DNA from: a virus | IMG/VR virus record: IMGVR_UViG_3300023506_000022 | Coordinates: 1 to 32,000 of that record | Length of the DNA: 32,000 nt | Reading direction: 5' to 3' (one strand) | Part shown: positions 13,420 to 22,279 of the stretch, in pieces | How the letters are laid out: each line of letters begins with the position of its first letter | Numbering within the stretch: the first letter of the stretch is position 1 | Notes under the pieces: model-generated | The model's input: the letters and a program-made list of their open reading frames with translations, nothing else | The model's database searches: none | Told to the model about the DNA's origin: nothing | Position numbers and translations under genes: made by a program

Positions 13420-14781
13420 ATGGATTTGGAAACAGTGAAAAAGTTGATAAAAAAATATATACCCGGACACGAGAATTTTATATCGAGAGTGCAGACGGCG
13501 GAAAGGTATTACTTAAACGACAACGATATTTTGCACATAAAGCATAGCGAGGACGAGAAGCCTTTGAGAAATGCCGATAACAGAATACCGTCCAACTTTC
13601 ACGGCTTGCTTGTAGACCAAAAGTCTGCATATATGTTTACGTCACCGCCGTTATTCGATGTCGGGAATAAATCTGCGAATGAGAAAATAAGCAATATACT
13701 CGGCAGTCGATACACGAAAATATGTTCAAGACTTGCAATAAATGCGTCAAATGCGGGTGTGGGTTGGATTCACTACTGGGATAATGACGGATTTAAGTAC
13801 GACGTTATAGACAGCAAGCAAGTTATACCGATATGGAGTGATACTTTGGAACACGAACTTACGGCGTGTTTCAGAACATATCAAGAGCTTGACGATAACG
13901 GTGACACTTATCATGTTTATGAGTATTGGACTGATAAGGAATGCAGTGTATTCCGTAAGAAGATTGGCGACGGTCTTGAACGGCTTGAAATGTATAATAT
14001 GTTCAACGTGTACGACGTTGAAACAAACGGAACTGTATGTAACGTGTACAGTCATAACTTCGGACGTGTACCGTTTATTCCGTTTTTCAATAACGGCTTT
14101 CATCGTGATGACCTTACACCGATAAAAGGACTTATTGATACATATGACAAAACGTACAGCGGTTTTATAAACGACCTCGAAGATATACAGGAGATTATAT
14201 TCGTACTAAGCGGATATGAGGGCGAGAGCCTTTCGGAGTTTTTGACACAGCTCAAGAAGTACAAGACTATTAAGCTTGATTCGGAGGACGGAGCAAGCGG
14301 AGGACTTTCGACTTTGACGATTGATATTCCGGTTGAGGCAAGAGAGAAAATGCTCCAAATGACACGCAAGAGTATTTTTGAACAGGGTAAGGGTATTGAC
14401 CCGGACCCACAGAACTTCGGTAATTCATCGGGTACGGCATTGAAATATTTGTATTCACTGCTTGAACTCAAAGCCGGTATGGCAGAAATGGAGTTTAGGA
14501 GTGGGTTTGAAGAACTCATCAAAGCGATATGCGATTACAGCGGTATCGCTTGTGAAAATGTCACGCAGACGTGGACAAGGACAAGCGTTTCAAACGACAC
14601 CGAACTTGCGGATATAGCACAAAAAAGCGTTGGTGTTATATCTCAACGCACGATTATTGAACGTCATCCGTTTGTCGAGGACGCAGATAAGGAAATGGAG
14701 AGAATTGCGGAAGAAAAGGACGACAGTGACGATATAATGGGTGGACATAATGAACGAGTATTGGAAGAAGAGGAACAGTGA
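13420..14781 (+). CDS. Portal protein (SPP1 gp6-like)
   Basis: ORF track (13411..). AGGTGA-N5-ATG. Its size and position after terL fit, and it has an acidic C-terminus. Confidence 0.9.
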   Translation: MDLETVKKLIKKYIPGHENFISRVQTAERYYLNDNDILHIKHSEDEKPLRNADNRIPSNFHGLLVDQKSAYMFTSPPLFDVGNKSANEKISNILGSRYTKICSRLAINASNAGVGWIHYWDNDGFKYDVIDSKQVIPIWSDTLEHELTACFRTYQELDDNGDTYHVYEYWTDKECSVFRKKIGDGLERLEMYNMFNVYDVETNGTVCNVYSHNFGRVPFIPFFNNGFHRDDLTPIKGLIDTYDKTYSGFINDLEDIQEIIFVLSGYEGESLSEFLTQLKKYKTIKLDSEDGASGGLSTLTIDIPVEAREKMLQMTRKSIFEQGKGIDPDPQNFGNSSGTALKYLYSLLELKAGMAEMEFRSGFEELIKAICDYSGIACENVTQTWTRTSVSNDTELADIAQKSVGVISQRTIIERHPFVEDADKEMERIAEEKDDSDDIMGGHNERVLEEEEQ

Positions 14782-16306
14782 GCTTTTAAAAATCCACGCA
14801 CAGAAAGCCGATGATATAGAACGCGAACTCATAAAAGAGTATGAAAGGTCCTTAAACGGCATAAAAAAAGAGATTGAAACGTTTTACGCAAGGTATGCGG
14901 GTGAAAACGGTATCAGTATGGCAGAGGCACGAAAACAGCTAAGTCGTGACGAACTTAAAGGGTTTAAGCTGTCGCTTGAAGAATTTCGCGAAAAGGCACT
15001 TGATAACGCAGACGGCAAGTGGACGACAATGCTTGATAATGAGTATATGCGTTCAAGGGTAAGCCGTTTGGAGGCACTCAAATATCAAATGCGTGGAGAA
15101 GTCGAACTCTTGAAACAAAAGCAAGAGGATAAATTTTCAACATCACTTAAAAAGGCATACAGTGATACATATTATACAACAAATAAACATATTGCCGATT
15201 CGGTTGATTATGCTGTTAATTTTGCAAAGTTCGACCGTGACACGGTAAAGAATGCGATATATGAAAAGTGGCTTGACGGAAGTAACTTCTCTGACCGAAT
15301 ATGGAATGATAAGCAGAAACTTTTGAGAGAACTTAATACAAATCTTGTACATGGCATAACGAGGGGCGACAGTCCCGATAAAATGATTAAAAATATTTCT
15401 GCAAGAATGAATGTTTCAAAAAGCCGTTCCGCCGCACTGTATCAGACGGAATATACGCATATTATGGTTGACGCAAGATTGCGTTCGATAATGGACGCAG
15501 GGTGTGACGAATACGAGATTGACGAGAATATGGACAGTGATATTTGCGATGAGTGTGCAAGTATGCACGGAAAGCATTTTAAACTGTCCGAATATCAGCA
15601 AGGCATAACCGCACCGCCGTTTCATACCCGTTGTCGTGGTACAATAACGGGATATTTTGTGGAAGAAGAGGAAACACTTGAAAATGTTGAAGATACTGAT
15701 ACTATGTCTTTGTCGAAAGTATTTGATGAAGATGGTGTTAGATGTAAATGCAATCCTGTAAAAAATCATAACGGTATTTATACGCAAACAAACTCGAAGA
15801 ACGCACAGAATACAATAAAGTTTGTAATAGATACTAAGAATAGTATCGATTTATTGGGTGATGTTTCAGAAATCGTAATAGCAAAATCAATAAAAGGTAT
15901 AGCCGCATACAGTCACAAAAACAATCGCTTATATATCAATGAGAAATTGACAGATGAAAGCTTTTTGAATGAAATGCTAAAAGACGGGTATTTTGTCGCG
16001 GAGAACAAGCTTGATGTATTGTGGCATGAAATGTTCCATAAGAAACATTGGGATTTTGTGTTGACAAACGGTGGAGAAAGTAATAAAATGAACATAGAAT
16101 CAGAGTTGCGGAAATACGTAAAGGAACAACAAAGACTTGATTATTCTTATGTGTCAAATACTGTTAGTCGAAATGCAAAAGATGGATTGAAAAGAGAGGG
16201 CAACAGACAATTAAATGAATTAATTGCGGAAGTGCTGTTACAAGAGAAAAAGGGAATTGTAAAAGATAAGCGGTTATTGGAATTGGTAAAGAGGTGTGTA
16301 AAATGA
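14750..16306 (+). CDS. MuF/SPP1 gp7-like minor head protein with an extra ~210-aa C-terminal domain carrying HExxH
   Basis: ORF track (14741..). The MuF signature is CDECASMHGKHFKLSEYQQGITAPPFHTRCRGT. After an EEEE linker (~15670) comes an AT-rich C-terminal domain with WHEMFHKKH (HEMFH at 16025..16039). Confidence 0.88.
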   Translation: MNEYWKKRNSELLKIHAQKADDIERELIKEYERSLNGIKKEIETFYARYAGENGISMAEARKQLSRDELKGFKLSLEEFREKALDNADGKWTTMLDNEYMRSRVSRLEALKYQMRGEVELLKQKQEDKFSTSLKKAYSDTYYTTNKHIADSVDYAVNFAKFDRDTVKNAIYEKWLDGSNFSDRIWNDKQKLLRELNTNLVHGITRGDSPDKMIKNISARMNVSKSRSAALYQTEYTHIMVDARLRSIMDAGCDEYEIDENMDSDICDECASMHGKHFKLSEYQQGITAPPFHTRCRGTITGYFVEEEETLENVEDTDTMSLSKVFDEDGVRCKCNPVKNHNGIYTQTNSKNAQNTIKFVIDTKNSIDLLGDVSEIVIAKSIKGIAAYSHKNNRLYINEKLTDESFLNEMLKDGYFVAENKLDVLWHEMFHKKHWDFVLTNGGESNKMNIESELRKYVKEQQRLDYSYVSNTVSRNAKDGLKREGNRQLNELIAEVLLQEKKGIVKDKRLLELVKRCVK

Positions 16307-16461
16307 TGAGGCTTATAACAGAATATGATTTGAAGATGAGTAAAGAGTTGGACAAATGGGAAGAGTATCCCGACGGAGAATGCCACTTACGAGAAGATGC
16401 ACCTGAAGAAGTAAAAAAGTATTACGAGAAGTTACGAAAAGAATATAGTATGTTTGATTAA
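16303..16461 (+). CDS. Small acidic protein, 52 aa, translationally coupled to the MuF gene; immunity-protein candidate
   Basis: Below the cutoff. Its ATG overlaps the MuF stop (ATGA). MMRLITEYDLKMSKELDKWEEYPDGECHLREDAPEEVKKYYEKLRKEYSMFD. Confidence 0.5.
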   Translation: MMRLITEYDLKMSKELDKWEEYPDGECHLREDAPEEVKKYYEKLRKEYSMFD

Positions 16462-16513
16462 AGCAAAAAACACTAATGAGTATGTTTTTATTACAACAAA
16501 GGGAGTATAGGCA

Positions 16514-16831
16514 ATGGATAATTTTAAAGTTATTTATAAAATACTTAAAGTCCTTGAAAGTGCAATGGATTGTGATGAAGTTGATAGGTCTTTGCTAAAG
16601 GCAGAAAATTTCAAGATAACAGAAAATCGATTTGAGAATATTATCAGAATGCTTGCCAAAGAAGAATATATAACCGGAGTAATCATAGTTGATATGATAG
16701 GAATACAGGGAATCAAATTCGATGATGTCCGAATAACATTAAAAGGACTTGAATATCTTAGCGAAAATTCTTTGATGAAAAAAGCGGCAAATTTAGCTAA
16801 AAGCATTAAAGAAACAATTCCCGGTATATAA
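16514..16831 (+). CDS. YjcQ-family (winged-helix-like) protein
   Basis: ORF track, 105 aa. AAGGGAG RBS. MDNFKVIYKILKVLESAMD...ITENRFENIIRMLAKEEYITG follows the YjcQ pattern. Confidence 0.8.
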   Translation: MDNFKVIYKILKVLESAMDCDEVDRSLLKAENFKITENRFENIIRMLAKEEYITGVIIVDMIGIQGIKFDDVRITLKGLEYLSENSLMKKAANLAKSIKETIPGI

Positions 16832-16845
16832 ATTAAATATACATT

Positions 16846-16871
16846 AAGCACGTCTTAGGGCGTGCTTTTTT
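16846..16871 (+). terminator. Intrinsic terminator, first of a tandem pair
   Basis: AAGCACG-N8-CGTGCTT followed by a T-run. Confidence 0.8.
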
Positions 16872-16921
16872 GATACGAAAAAGGAGAGTGGAACAAGTGA
16901 ATATACGAGGTTTACCGCCTT

Positions 16922-16947
16922 AGCACCTATGAAACGGTGCTTTTTTT
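16922..16947 (+). terminator. Intrinsic terminator, second of a tandem pair
   Basis: AGCACC-N8-GGTGCT followed by T7. Confidence 0.8.
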
Positions 16948-17037
16948 ATACTCTTTTTTCAAGTGTTGCAGAGAATAAAGAACAATGCTTTTTTACAGGA
17001 ACGCACCTGAATAAAAAATTATGGAGGAGAAATAAGA

Positions 17038-17649
17038 ATGGAATGGTTAAAGGCAATATTGGAAAAGGCGAAGATTGAGGACGGCAAGTTGGATATTGAC
17101 GGAGTGATGTCGACTGTAAACTCTGAATTTCCGAAGTATGCAGTACCGAAAAATGTTTTCAATGACAAAGTTACGGAGCTTAAAACGGCGAATAAAACCA
17201 TTGAGGACCTTAAACAATCAAATGCCGACAACGCGGAATTGCAGAACAAAATCAAAGAGTATGAAAGCGAGATTGAAACGCTTAAAACAGATGCGTTGAA
17301 CACCGCAAAGACATACGCATTAAAGGAACAGCTTTCAAAAGCCGGTGTAACCGATGCCGACTATCTTATTTACAAGCAAGGCGGAATTGACAAGTTTACA
17401 TTCGACAAAGACGGCAAGCCTGTCGGTGTGGACGATATTCTTAAACCGCTTAGGGAGGATAAGACGTACTCACACCTTTTTGCCGAAAAAGGAGGAGCAT
17501 ATACACCAAAAGGCGGAAGCGGAAGTTCAGACGTAAATCCTTGGGCAAAGGAAACATTCAATCTTACCAAACAGGGAGAAATTTATAAAAACGACCCTGC
17601 TAAAGCAAAAGTATTAATGCAAGAGGCAGGAATGACAGGAGGAATTTAA
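17038..17649 (+). CDS. Scaffolding protein (phage GP20-like)
   Basis: ORF track, 203 aa. GGAGGAG RBS. MEWLKAILEKAKIEDGKLDIDGVMSTVNSEFPKYAVPKNVFNDKV, followed by a coiled coil. It is directly upstream of the capsid gene. Confidence 0.85.
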   Translation: MEWLKAILEKAKIEDGKLDIDGVMSTVNSEFPKYAVPKNVFNDKVTELKTANKTIEDLKQSNADNAELQNKIKEYESEIETLKTDALNTAKTYALKEQLSKAGVTDADYLIYKQGGIDKFTFDKDGKPVGVDDILKPLREDKTYSHLFAEKGGAYTPKGGSGSSDVNPWAKETFNLTKQGEIYKNDPAKAKVLMQEAGMTGGI

Positions 17650-17650
17650 T

Positions 17651-18664
17651 ATGGGAACAACTTTATCAGATATTATCGTACCGGAACTGTTTAATCCGTA
17701 CGTTATTCAAAAGACACTTGAAAAATCGGCACTTGTACAAAGCGGTATAGTGCAGAATGACGCAGAATTTGACAAGCTTGCGTCACAGGCAAGTCCGCTT
17801 GTAAATATGCCGTTTTTCTCTGACCTAACAGGTGAATCGGAAACGGTTATCGAGGGCGATGACCTTACCGCCGATAAAATCAGCAGTAAGAAAGACGTTG
17901 CGGTAATTTTAAGACGTGCAAAAATGTGGAGTGCAACAGACCTTTCCGCCGCAATGTCGGGTGCTGACCCTATGGCGGCGATTGCAAGTCTTGTATCTGA
18001 CTTTTGGGTGAGAGATTTACAAAAGGAACTTATCGCAGTGCTTAAAGGTATCTTCGGCACAATTCCGGCAGTCTCCGACGGTTCGCCTAAAGAGGCTGAA
18101 ACAAGACTTGCGTCAAACATTCTTGATATGTCAAGCGCAAGCGGTAACGGTGCAAAATGGAGCGGAAGTGCTTTTATTGACGCACAACAGCTTTTAGGCG
18201 ACAACAAAGCGGAACTTACCGCCGTTGTTATGCACAGTGCAGTTGAGGCGGCACTCAGAAAGCAAGACCTTATTGACGTAATTCAGCCGTCGGGGGCAAA
18301 TCCGTTCAGTACATATATGGGTAAGAGAGTTATTATTGACGACGGCTGTCCTGTAACAGGTTCTGGTTCGAGTCAAGTATTTTCAACATATCTTTTCGGC
18401 AACGGTGCGATTGCTCTCGGCAACGGTACACCGGAAAAGTTTGTTGCGACCGAAACAGACAGAGATAAGAAAAAGGGCAGTGGCGTTGACTATCTTATCA
18501 ATCGTAAGACGTATATTCTTCACCCACGCGGTGTTAAGTTTACAGATGCCGATGTCGCAAATACGGAAGGTCCTACGCGTACGGAACTTGCCAACGCAAC
18601 AAACTGGACACCTGTATATGATCCTAAGCAGATTAGAATTGTCGAAATGCGTCACAAGATTTGA
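17651..18664 (+). CDS. Major capsid protein
   Basis: ORF track, 337 aa. It follows the scaffold and has strong codon usage. The call rests mainly on size and position. Confidence 0.88.
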   Translation: MGTTLSDIIVPELFNPYVIQKTLEKSALVQSGIVQNDAEFDKLASQASPLVNMPFFSDLTGESETVIEGDDLTADKISSKKDVAVILRRAKMWSATDLSAAMSGADPMAAIASLVSDFWVRDLQKELIAVLKGIFGTIPAVSDGSPKEAETRLASNILDMSSASGNGAKWSGSAFIDAQQLLGDNKAELTAVVMHSAVEAALRKQDLIDVIQPSGANPFSTYMGKRVIIDDGCPVTGSGSSQVFSTYLFGNGAIALGNGTPEKFVATETDRDKKKGSGVDYLINRKTYILHPRGVKFTDADVANTEGPTRTELANATNWTPVYDPKQIRIVEMRHKI

Positions 18665-18675
18665 TGAGGTGACCT

Positions 18676-19008
18676 ATGGACGAGTATATAACTGTTTTTA
18701 AGGATATGTACGGCATAAGCGAAGACGACAGAGGAAAAGCCGAAAGGTGTATTGAAAGCACAATCGAATATATCAAGAATTATTGCCATATTGACGGTAT
18801 TCCGGATGATTTAAAGCATACCGTTATACTTATGGCGGCGGACTTGTTCCGTTATGACGTATCGGCATCATCGGGACAATACGACAATGTAACGTCAATC
18901 AAAGAGGGCGATGTTACCGTATCGTACGGCAGTAATTCAAGCAGTATGTCGAGCGTGTTTAAAGACTACAAAGCAAGGCTTGCACGTTTCAGAAAGTTGG
19001 TGTGGTGA
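18676..19008 (+). CDS. Head-tail connector (gp6/YqbG-like)
   Basis: ORF track, 110 aa. Position and size fit. N-terminus MDEYITVFKDMYGISEDD. Confidence 0.75.
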   Translation: MDEYITVFKDMYGISEDDRGKAERCIESTIEYIKNYCHIDGIPDDLKHTVILMAADLFRYDVSASSGQYDNVTSIKEGDVTVSYGSNSSSMSSVFKDYKARLARFRKLVW

Positions 19009-19367
19009 TGAATATGGTAAGAGAGGCGATTGAAAGACTGTATAAAGGCTTATGTTCTGTCAAAGTGAAAGTTTCAAGCGTGAATGAGGAAACAGGCGAA
19101 ACTGTATTTACCGAAAAGGCTGTTTTAACCGAACAGCCTTGCCGACTTTCGTTTCAGAGCCGAAATTCGGCGGCAAAGGACGACGGATACAGCACCGTAT
19201 CGCAATCGGTTGTGCTTTTTATTGCGCCGGAGGTTGAAATACCGTCGGGCAGTAAAATAACCGTTACACAAAACGGAAAAACAACTGACTATTGCCGTAG
19301 CGGTGAAAGTGCGGTTTATACATCACACCAAGAAATTGCACTGGAATTATTCGAGGATTATGCGTAA
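19008..19367 (+). CDS. Head closure / head-tail adaptor (YqbH-like)
   Basis: ORF track (19002..). ATG 19008 overlaps the previous stop (TGATG). The call rests on synteny. Confidence 0.75.
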   Translation: MNMVREAIERLYKGLCSVKVKVSSVNEETGETVFTEKAVLTEQPCRLSFQSRNSAAKDDGYSTVSQSVVLFIAPEVEIPSGSKITVTQNGKTTDYCRSGESAVYTSHQEIALELFEDYA

Positions 19368-19801
19368 TGAATGAGATTGATTTTTCACAGCTTGAGAAAT
19401 TACAAAAACAAATGGAAAGTGCGGATTACACCAAAGCTTGTGTATCCGCTATGAATGAGATTTCTCAAAGAACACTTAAATACATAAGTAACGTAACAAA
19501 GCCTGGGCATTACAAAAACGGCAAAGTAGGCGGTACTTTAAAAAAGAGTTGGCAAACAGAAGAAACGACAGTAAGCGGAAGTACGGTAAAAGGCGGAATA
19601 CACACCGAGGTTGTATATGCTCCTTATGTGGAGTTCGGACACCGCACAAGGTGGGGAAAAGGTGATTCGCCCAATTACAAGCCGAAGAAAAACGGCAAAA
19701 AGTGGGTTGAGGGCAAAAAATATCTTAACACCGTAGTACCGAAAGTCGATAAGGTAGCACCGAAAATACTTATGCGGAAGATGGAGGAAATACTGAAATG
19801 A
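19367..19801 (+). CDS. HK97 gp10-family tail component
   Basis: ORF track, 144 aa. ...VVYAPYVEFGHRTR... is typical of the gp10 family. The call is supported by synteny. Confidence 0.8.
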   Translation: MNEIDFSQLEKLQKQMESADYTKACVSAMNEISQRTLKYISNVTKPGHYKNGKVGGTLKKSWQTEETTVSGSTVKGGIHTEVVYAPYVEFGHRTRWGKGDSPNYKPKKNGKKWVEGKKYLNTVVPKVDKVAPKILMRKMEEILK

Positions 19802-20220
19802 TGACAAGTATAAAAAATGCAGTAACAAAAGCGATTTATGACTGTTTCGGCAATGCTGTTTATACCGCATACACCGAGCAAGGCTTTTCCGAGCCTTGCT
19901 TTATCGTTGAAATGTTTCCGCTTAACGTACAGTCGACAAATTCATTTTTGGACGATGAAACGCAGACGGTAAAAATACGATATGTTCCGAAAGAAATAAG
20001 CCAAGACGAATTTATTGAAGTGGCTGAAAGATTAAGGGGCTTGTTTTTGTATAAACCGCTTGTACTGTCTGACGGTATGCGTGTAAGGTGCTTTGATATT
20101 AATTTCTCTATGGAAAATTATACGCTTGTGACGGAGCTTGTATATAATTACACCGTTAAGGTGAGAAACGAAAGTACATACGATAAGGCAGAAGATTTGA
20201 TATTAGGAGGAGATTTATAA
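19798..20220 (+). CDS. Tail completion/terminator-like protein (XkdJ position)
   Basis: ORF track, 140 aa. ATGA overlap with the previous gene. The call rests on synteny only. Confidence 0.65.
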   Translation: MMTSIKNAVTKAIYDCFGNAVYTAYTEQGFSEPCFIVEMFPLNVQSTNSFLDDETQTVKIRYVPKEISQDEFIEVAERLRGLFLYKPLVLSDGMRVRCFDINFSMENYTLVTELVYNYTVKVRNESTYDKAEDLILGGDL

Positions 20221-21266
20221 TGGGTTTACCTGAAATAAATATAGTGTTTCAGTCCAAAGCTGAAACGGCAATTAAACGAAGTGCAAACGGCATTGTTGCA
20301 CTGATTTTGCGTGACGCAACCAAAAGCGATATTACATCATATTCGTATACAAATGAGAGAGAAGTTGTAAAATCTCATTGGACAACCGCAAATTATGATT
20401 ACATAAGCAAGACGTTCCTCGGCGGACCGCAAAGGGTTATTGTTGAGAGAATAGGTGCGGAAGATACCTATGACGACGCGCTTGCACGATTAAAAAATAA
20501 AAAGTGGAATTACCTTGCAATACCGTCGATTGCCGATAACGAAAAAGATATTGCGGATTGGATTATCGCGCAGAGAAGTGCGAAAAAGACTTTTAAAGCC
20601 GTACTTCCGTATGCGGCGAATAATGAGGGTATTATAAACTTTGCAACCGATGATATAAAAGTCGGTACAAAGGTTTATACCACTGCCGAATACTGTTGCC
20701 GTATTGCAGGACTTTTGGCAGGATTGCCTATGACAGAGGGTGCAACGTATCAAACTCTTGCGGAGGTTGAAAGCATAACGGAAAGCACAACTCCGGATGA
20801 TGATATTGACGGCGGTAAGTTTATACTTATCAATGACGGTGAAAAGGTTAAAGTCGGCAGAGGTGTCAATTCGCTTGTAACCTTGTCGGGTGATAAGACG
20901 GAGGATATGAAGAAAATCAAGATTATAGACAGTCTTGACCTCATAAGAGATGATATAAAAGCGTCGTTTGAGGAAAATTATATTAACGTTGTAAACAGTC
21001 ACGAAAATAAAATGTTGTTCATCGGTGCGGTTAATCAGTATTTTAAGTCGTTGCAGTCACAGGGCGTATTGTATGACGGTGCGGATTGCAGAGCTTATAT
21101 TGACGTTCAGTCACAACGTGAATGGCTTGCTCAAAAATATGACGTGTCAGATTGGACAGACAGTGAGGTCGAAGTGGCAAATACGGGAAGTATCATATTT
21201 GCGGGGGCTGATATTACAATACAGGATTGTATTGAAGATTTGAGTTTTAAAATAGGATTGGAGTGA
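20220..21266 (+). CDS. Contractile tail sheath protein (XkdK-like)
   Basis: ORF track, 348 aa. It sits upstream of the tube gene. N-terminus MGLPEINIVFQSKAETAIKRSANGIVALILRD. Confidence 0.85.
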   Translation: MGLPEINIVFQSKAETAIKRSANGIVALILRDATKSDITSYSYTNEREVVKSHWTTANYDYISKTFLGGPQRVIVERIGAEDTYDDALARLKNKKWNYLAIPSIADNEKDIADWIIAQRSAKKTFKAVLPYAANNEGIINFATDDIKVGTKVYTTAEYCCRIAGLLAGLPMTEGATYQTLAEVESITESTTPDDDIDGGKFILINDGEKVKVGRGVNSLVTLSGDKTEDMKKIKIIDSLDLIRDDIKASFEENYINVVNSHENKMLFIGAVNQYFKSLQSQGVLYDGADCRAYIDVQSQREWLAQKYDVSDWTDSEVEVANTGSIIFAGADITIQDCIEDLSFKIGLE

Positions 21267-21272
21267 TAGATA

Positions 21273-21713
21273 ATGGCTGAAAGTGTTAAACCGAGAGGTA
21301 ATCAACTTTGTTCCGGTACATTCGGTAAACTTTGGATTGACGGAAGTCTTGCCTATGAAGTGTATAAGTTCGAGGCAAAGGAAAAGACAAATCGTGAGAG
21401 TGTAAGCTTTGCCGGCGATACAACGAACGATTCAAAACTTATGGGCGTTGACTATGAATTTTCATATACCGTACGAAAAGTATATTCAAGAGGTAAAGAA
21501 ATAGCCGACGGTCATAAAAAAGGTAAAGATACAAGACATACATTGGTGGCAAGACTTGAAGACCCCGATAACGGCGGTTATGAAACAATTCAACTTGATA
21601 ATTGTTGGTATAATGATGTGTCACTTATGAATTTTGAAAACGGTAAGATAGTTGAGGAAGAATTCAGCGGCGGTTTTACCGACTATGACCTTACATCTAC
21701 AATGAATGCGTAA
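21273..21713 (+). CDS. Tail tube protein (XkdM-like)
   Basis: ORF track, 146 aa. Size and position fit. GTFGKLWIDG motif. Confidence 0.8.
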   Translation: MAESVKPRGNQLCSGTFGKLWIDGSLAYEVYKFEAKEKTNRESVSFAGDTTNDSKLMGVDYEFSYTVRKVYSRGKEIADGHKKGKDTRHTLVARLEDPDNGGYETIQLDNCWYNDVSLMNFENGKIVEEEFSGGFTDYDLTSTMNA

Positions 21714-21731
21714 AAACGGAGGTAAAAGATT

Positions 21732-22112
21732 ATGGATAAGAATACAAAAATTACTCTTGCGGAGCTTATTAAACGTAAGGAGCAAGTGCTTGAGGCAAAG
21801 AAAAACGTAAAAAGAGCGAGAGTTTATGTGAAAAGCCTTGGTGGCGAGATTGTTATAAAAGCACCGACAAAGTCGCTTGCAACAGAATCGGCGGAAATGG
21901 AAAAGGACGGTGACGCTCACCTTGTTTATGAATGTGTTGCCGAACCGGATTTACATTCAAAAGAACTTCAGGAGGCATACGGCTGTACATATCCCGAAGA
22001 AATCGTAGAAAAGATTTTTGACGATGGCGAAATCTCACCGATTGCAATGGAGTGTATGAAACTTGCGGGATATATCGACAGTGTAAAACTTGTTGAAGAA
22101 GTAAAAAACTGA
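21732..22112 (+). CDS. Tail assembly chaperone (XkdN-like), zero-frame product
   Basis: ORF track, 126 aa. It sits directly upstream of the tape measure and ends in a slippery heptamer. Confidence 0.75.
   Translation: MDKNTKITLAELIKRKEQVLEAKKNVKRARVYVKSLGGEIVIKAPTKSLATESAEMEKDGDAHLVYECVAEPDLHSKELQEAYGCTYPEEIVEKIFDDGEISPIAMECMKLAGYIDSVKLVEEVKN
22103..22109 (+). promoter_or_regulatory. -1 programmed frameshift slippery heptamer A_AAA_AAC
   Basis: The zero frame reads gtA AAA AAC TGA. The heptamer sits at the last two sense codons of the chaperone ORF, and the -1 frame stays open for 56 further codons. Confidence 0.6.
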
Positions 22113-22279
22113 TAGAGGCAGATGATGAACTCTATATGATACATCATTATCTGCAAAGAGGAATATTGCCCGAAAAGGTACTTGCAAGACCGGAAATTGA
22201 AAAAATATTTTTCCTTGCAAGTGCCAAAAAGGCAAATGATGATGAATACGCAAAGTGGAAAGCCCTAGGAGGTGAGTGA
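22109..22279 (+). CDS. -1 frame extension of the tail assembly chaperone (G/GT-type fusion)
   Basis: The -1 frame is open from the slippery site to TGA 22277..22279. The only internal ATG (22136) has no usable RBS. The extension ends exactly at the tape-measure start. Confidence 0.55.
   Translation: MIEADDELYMIHHYLQRGILPEKVLARPEIEKIFFLASAKKANDDEYAKWKALGGE

Noticed and set aside
17707-18207. 166-aa reverse-strand ORF inside the major capsid gene. Similar long antisense ORFs occur at 14100..14522, 20490..21002, 22035..22454, 24120..24560, 26601..26966 and 11774..12187.
   Set aside because: All lie fully inside strongly supported + strand genes. They lack RBSs and have low-complexity Ser/Leu/Ile/Phe-rich translations, typical of the antisense frame of AT-rich coding DNA. 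They are shadow ORFs.
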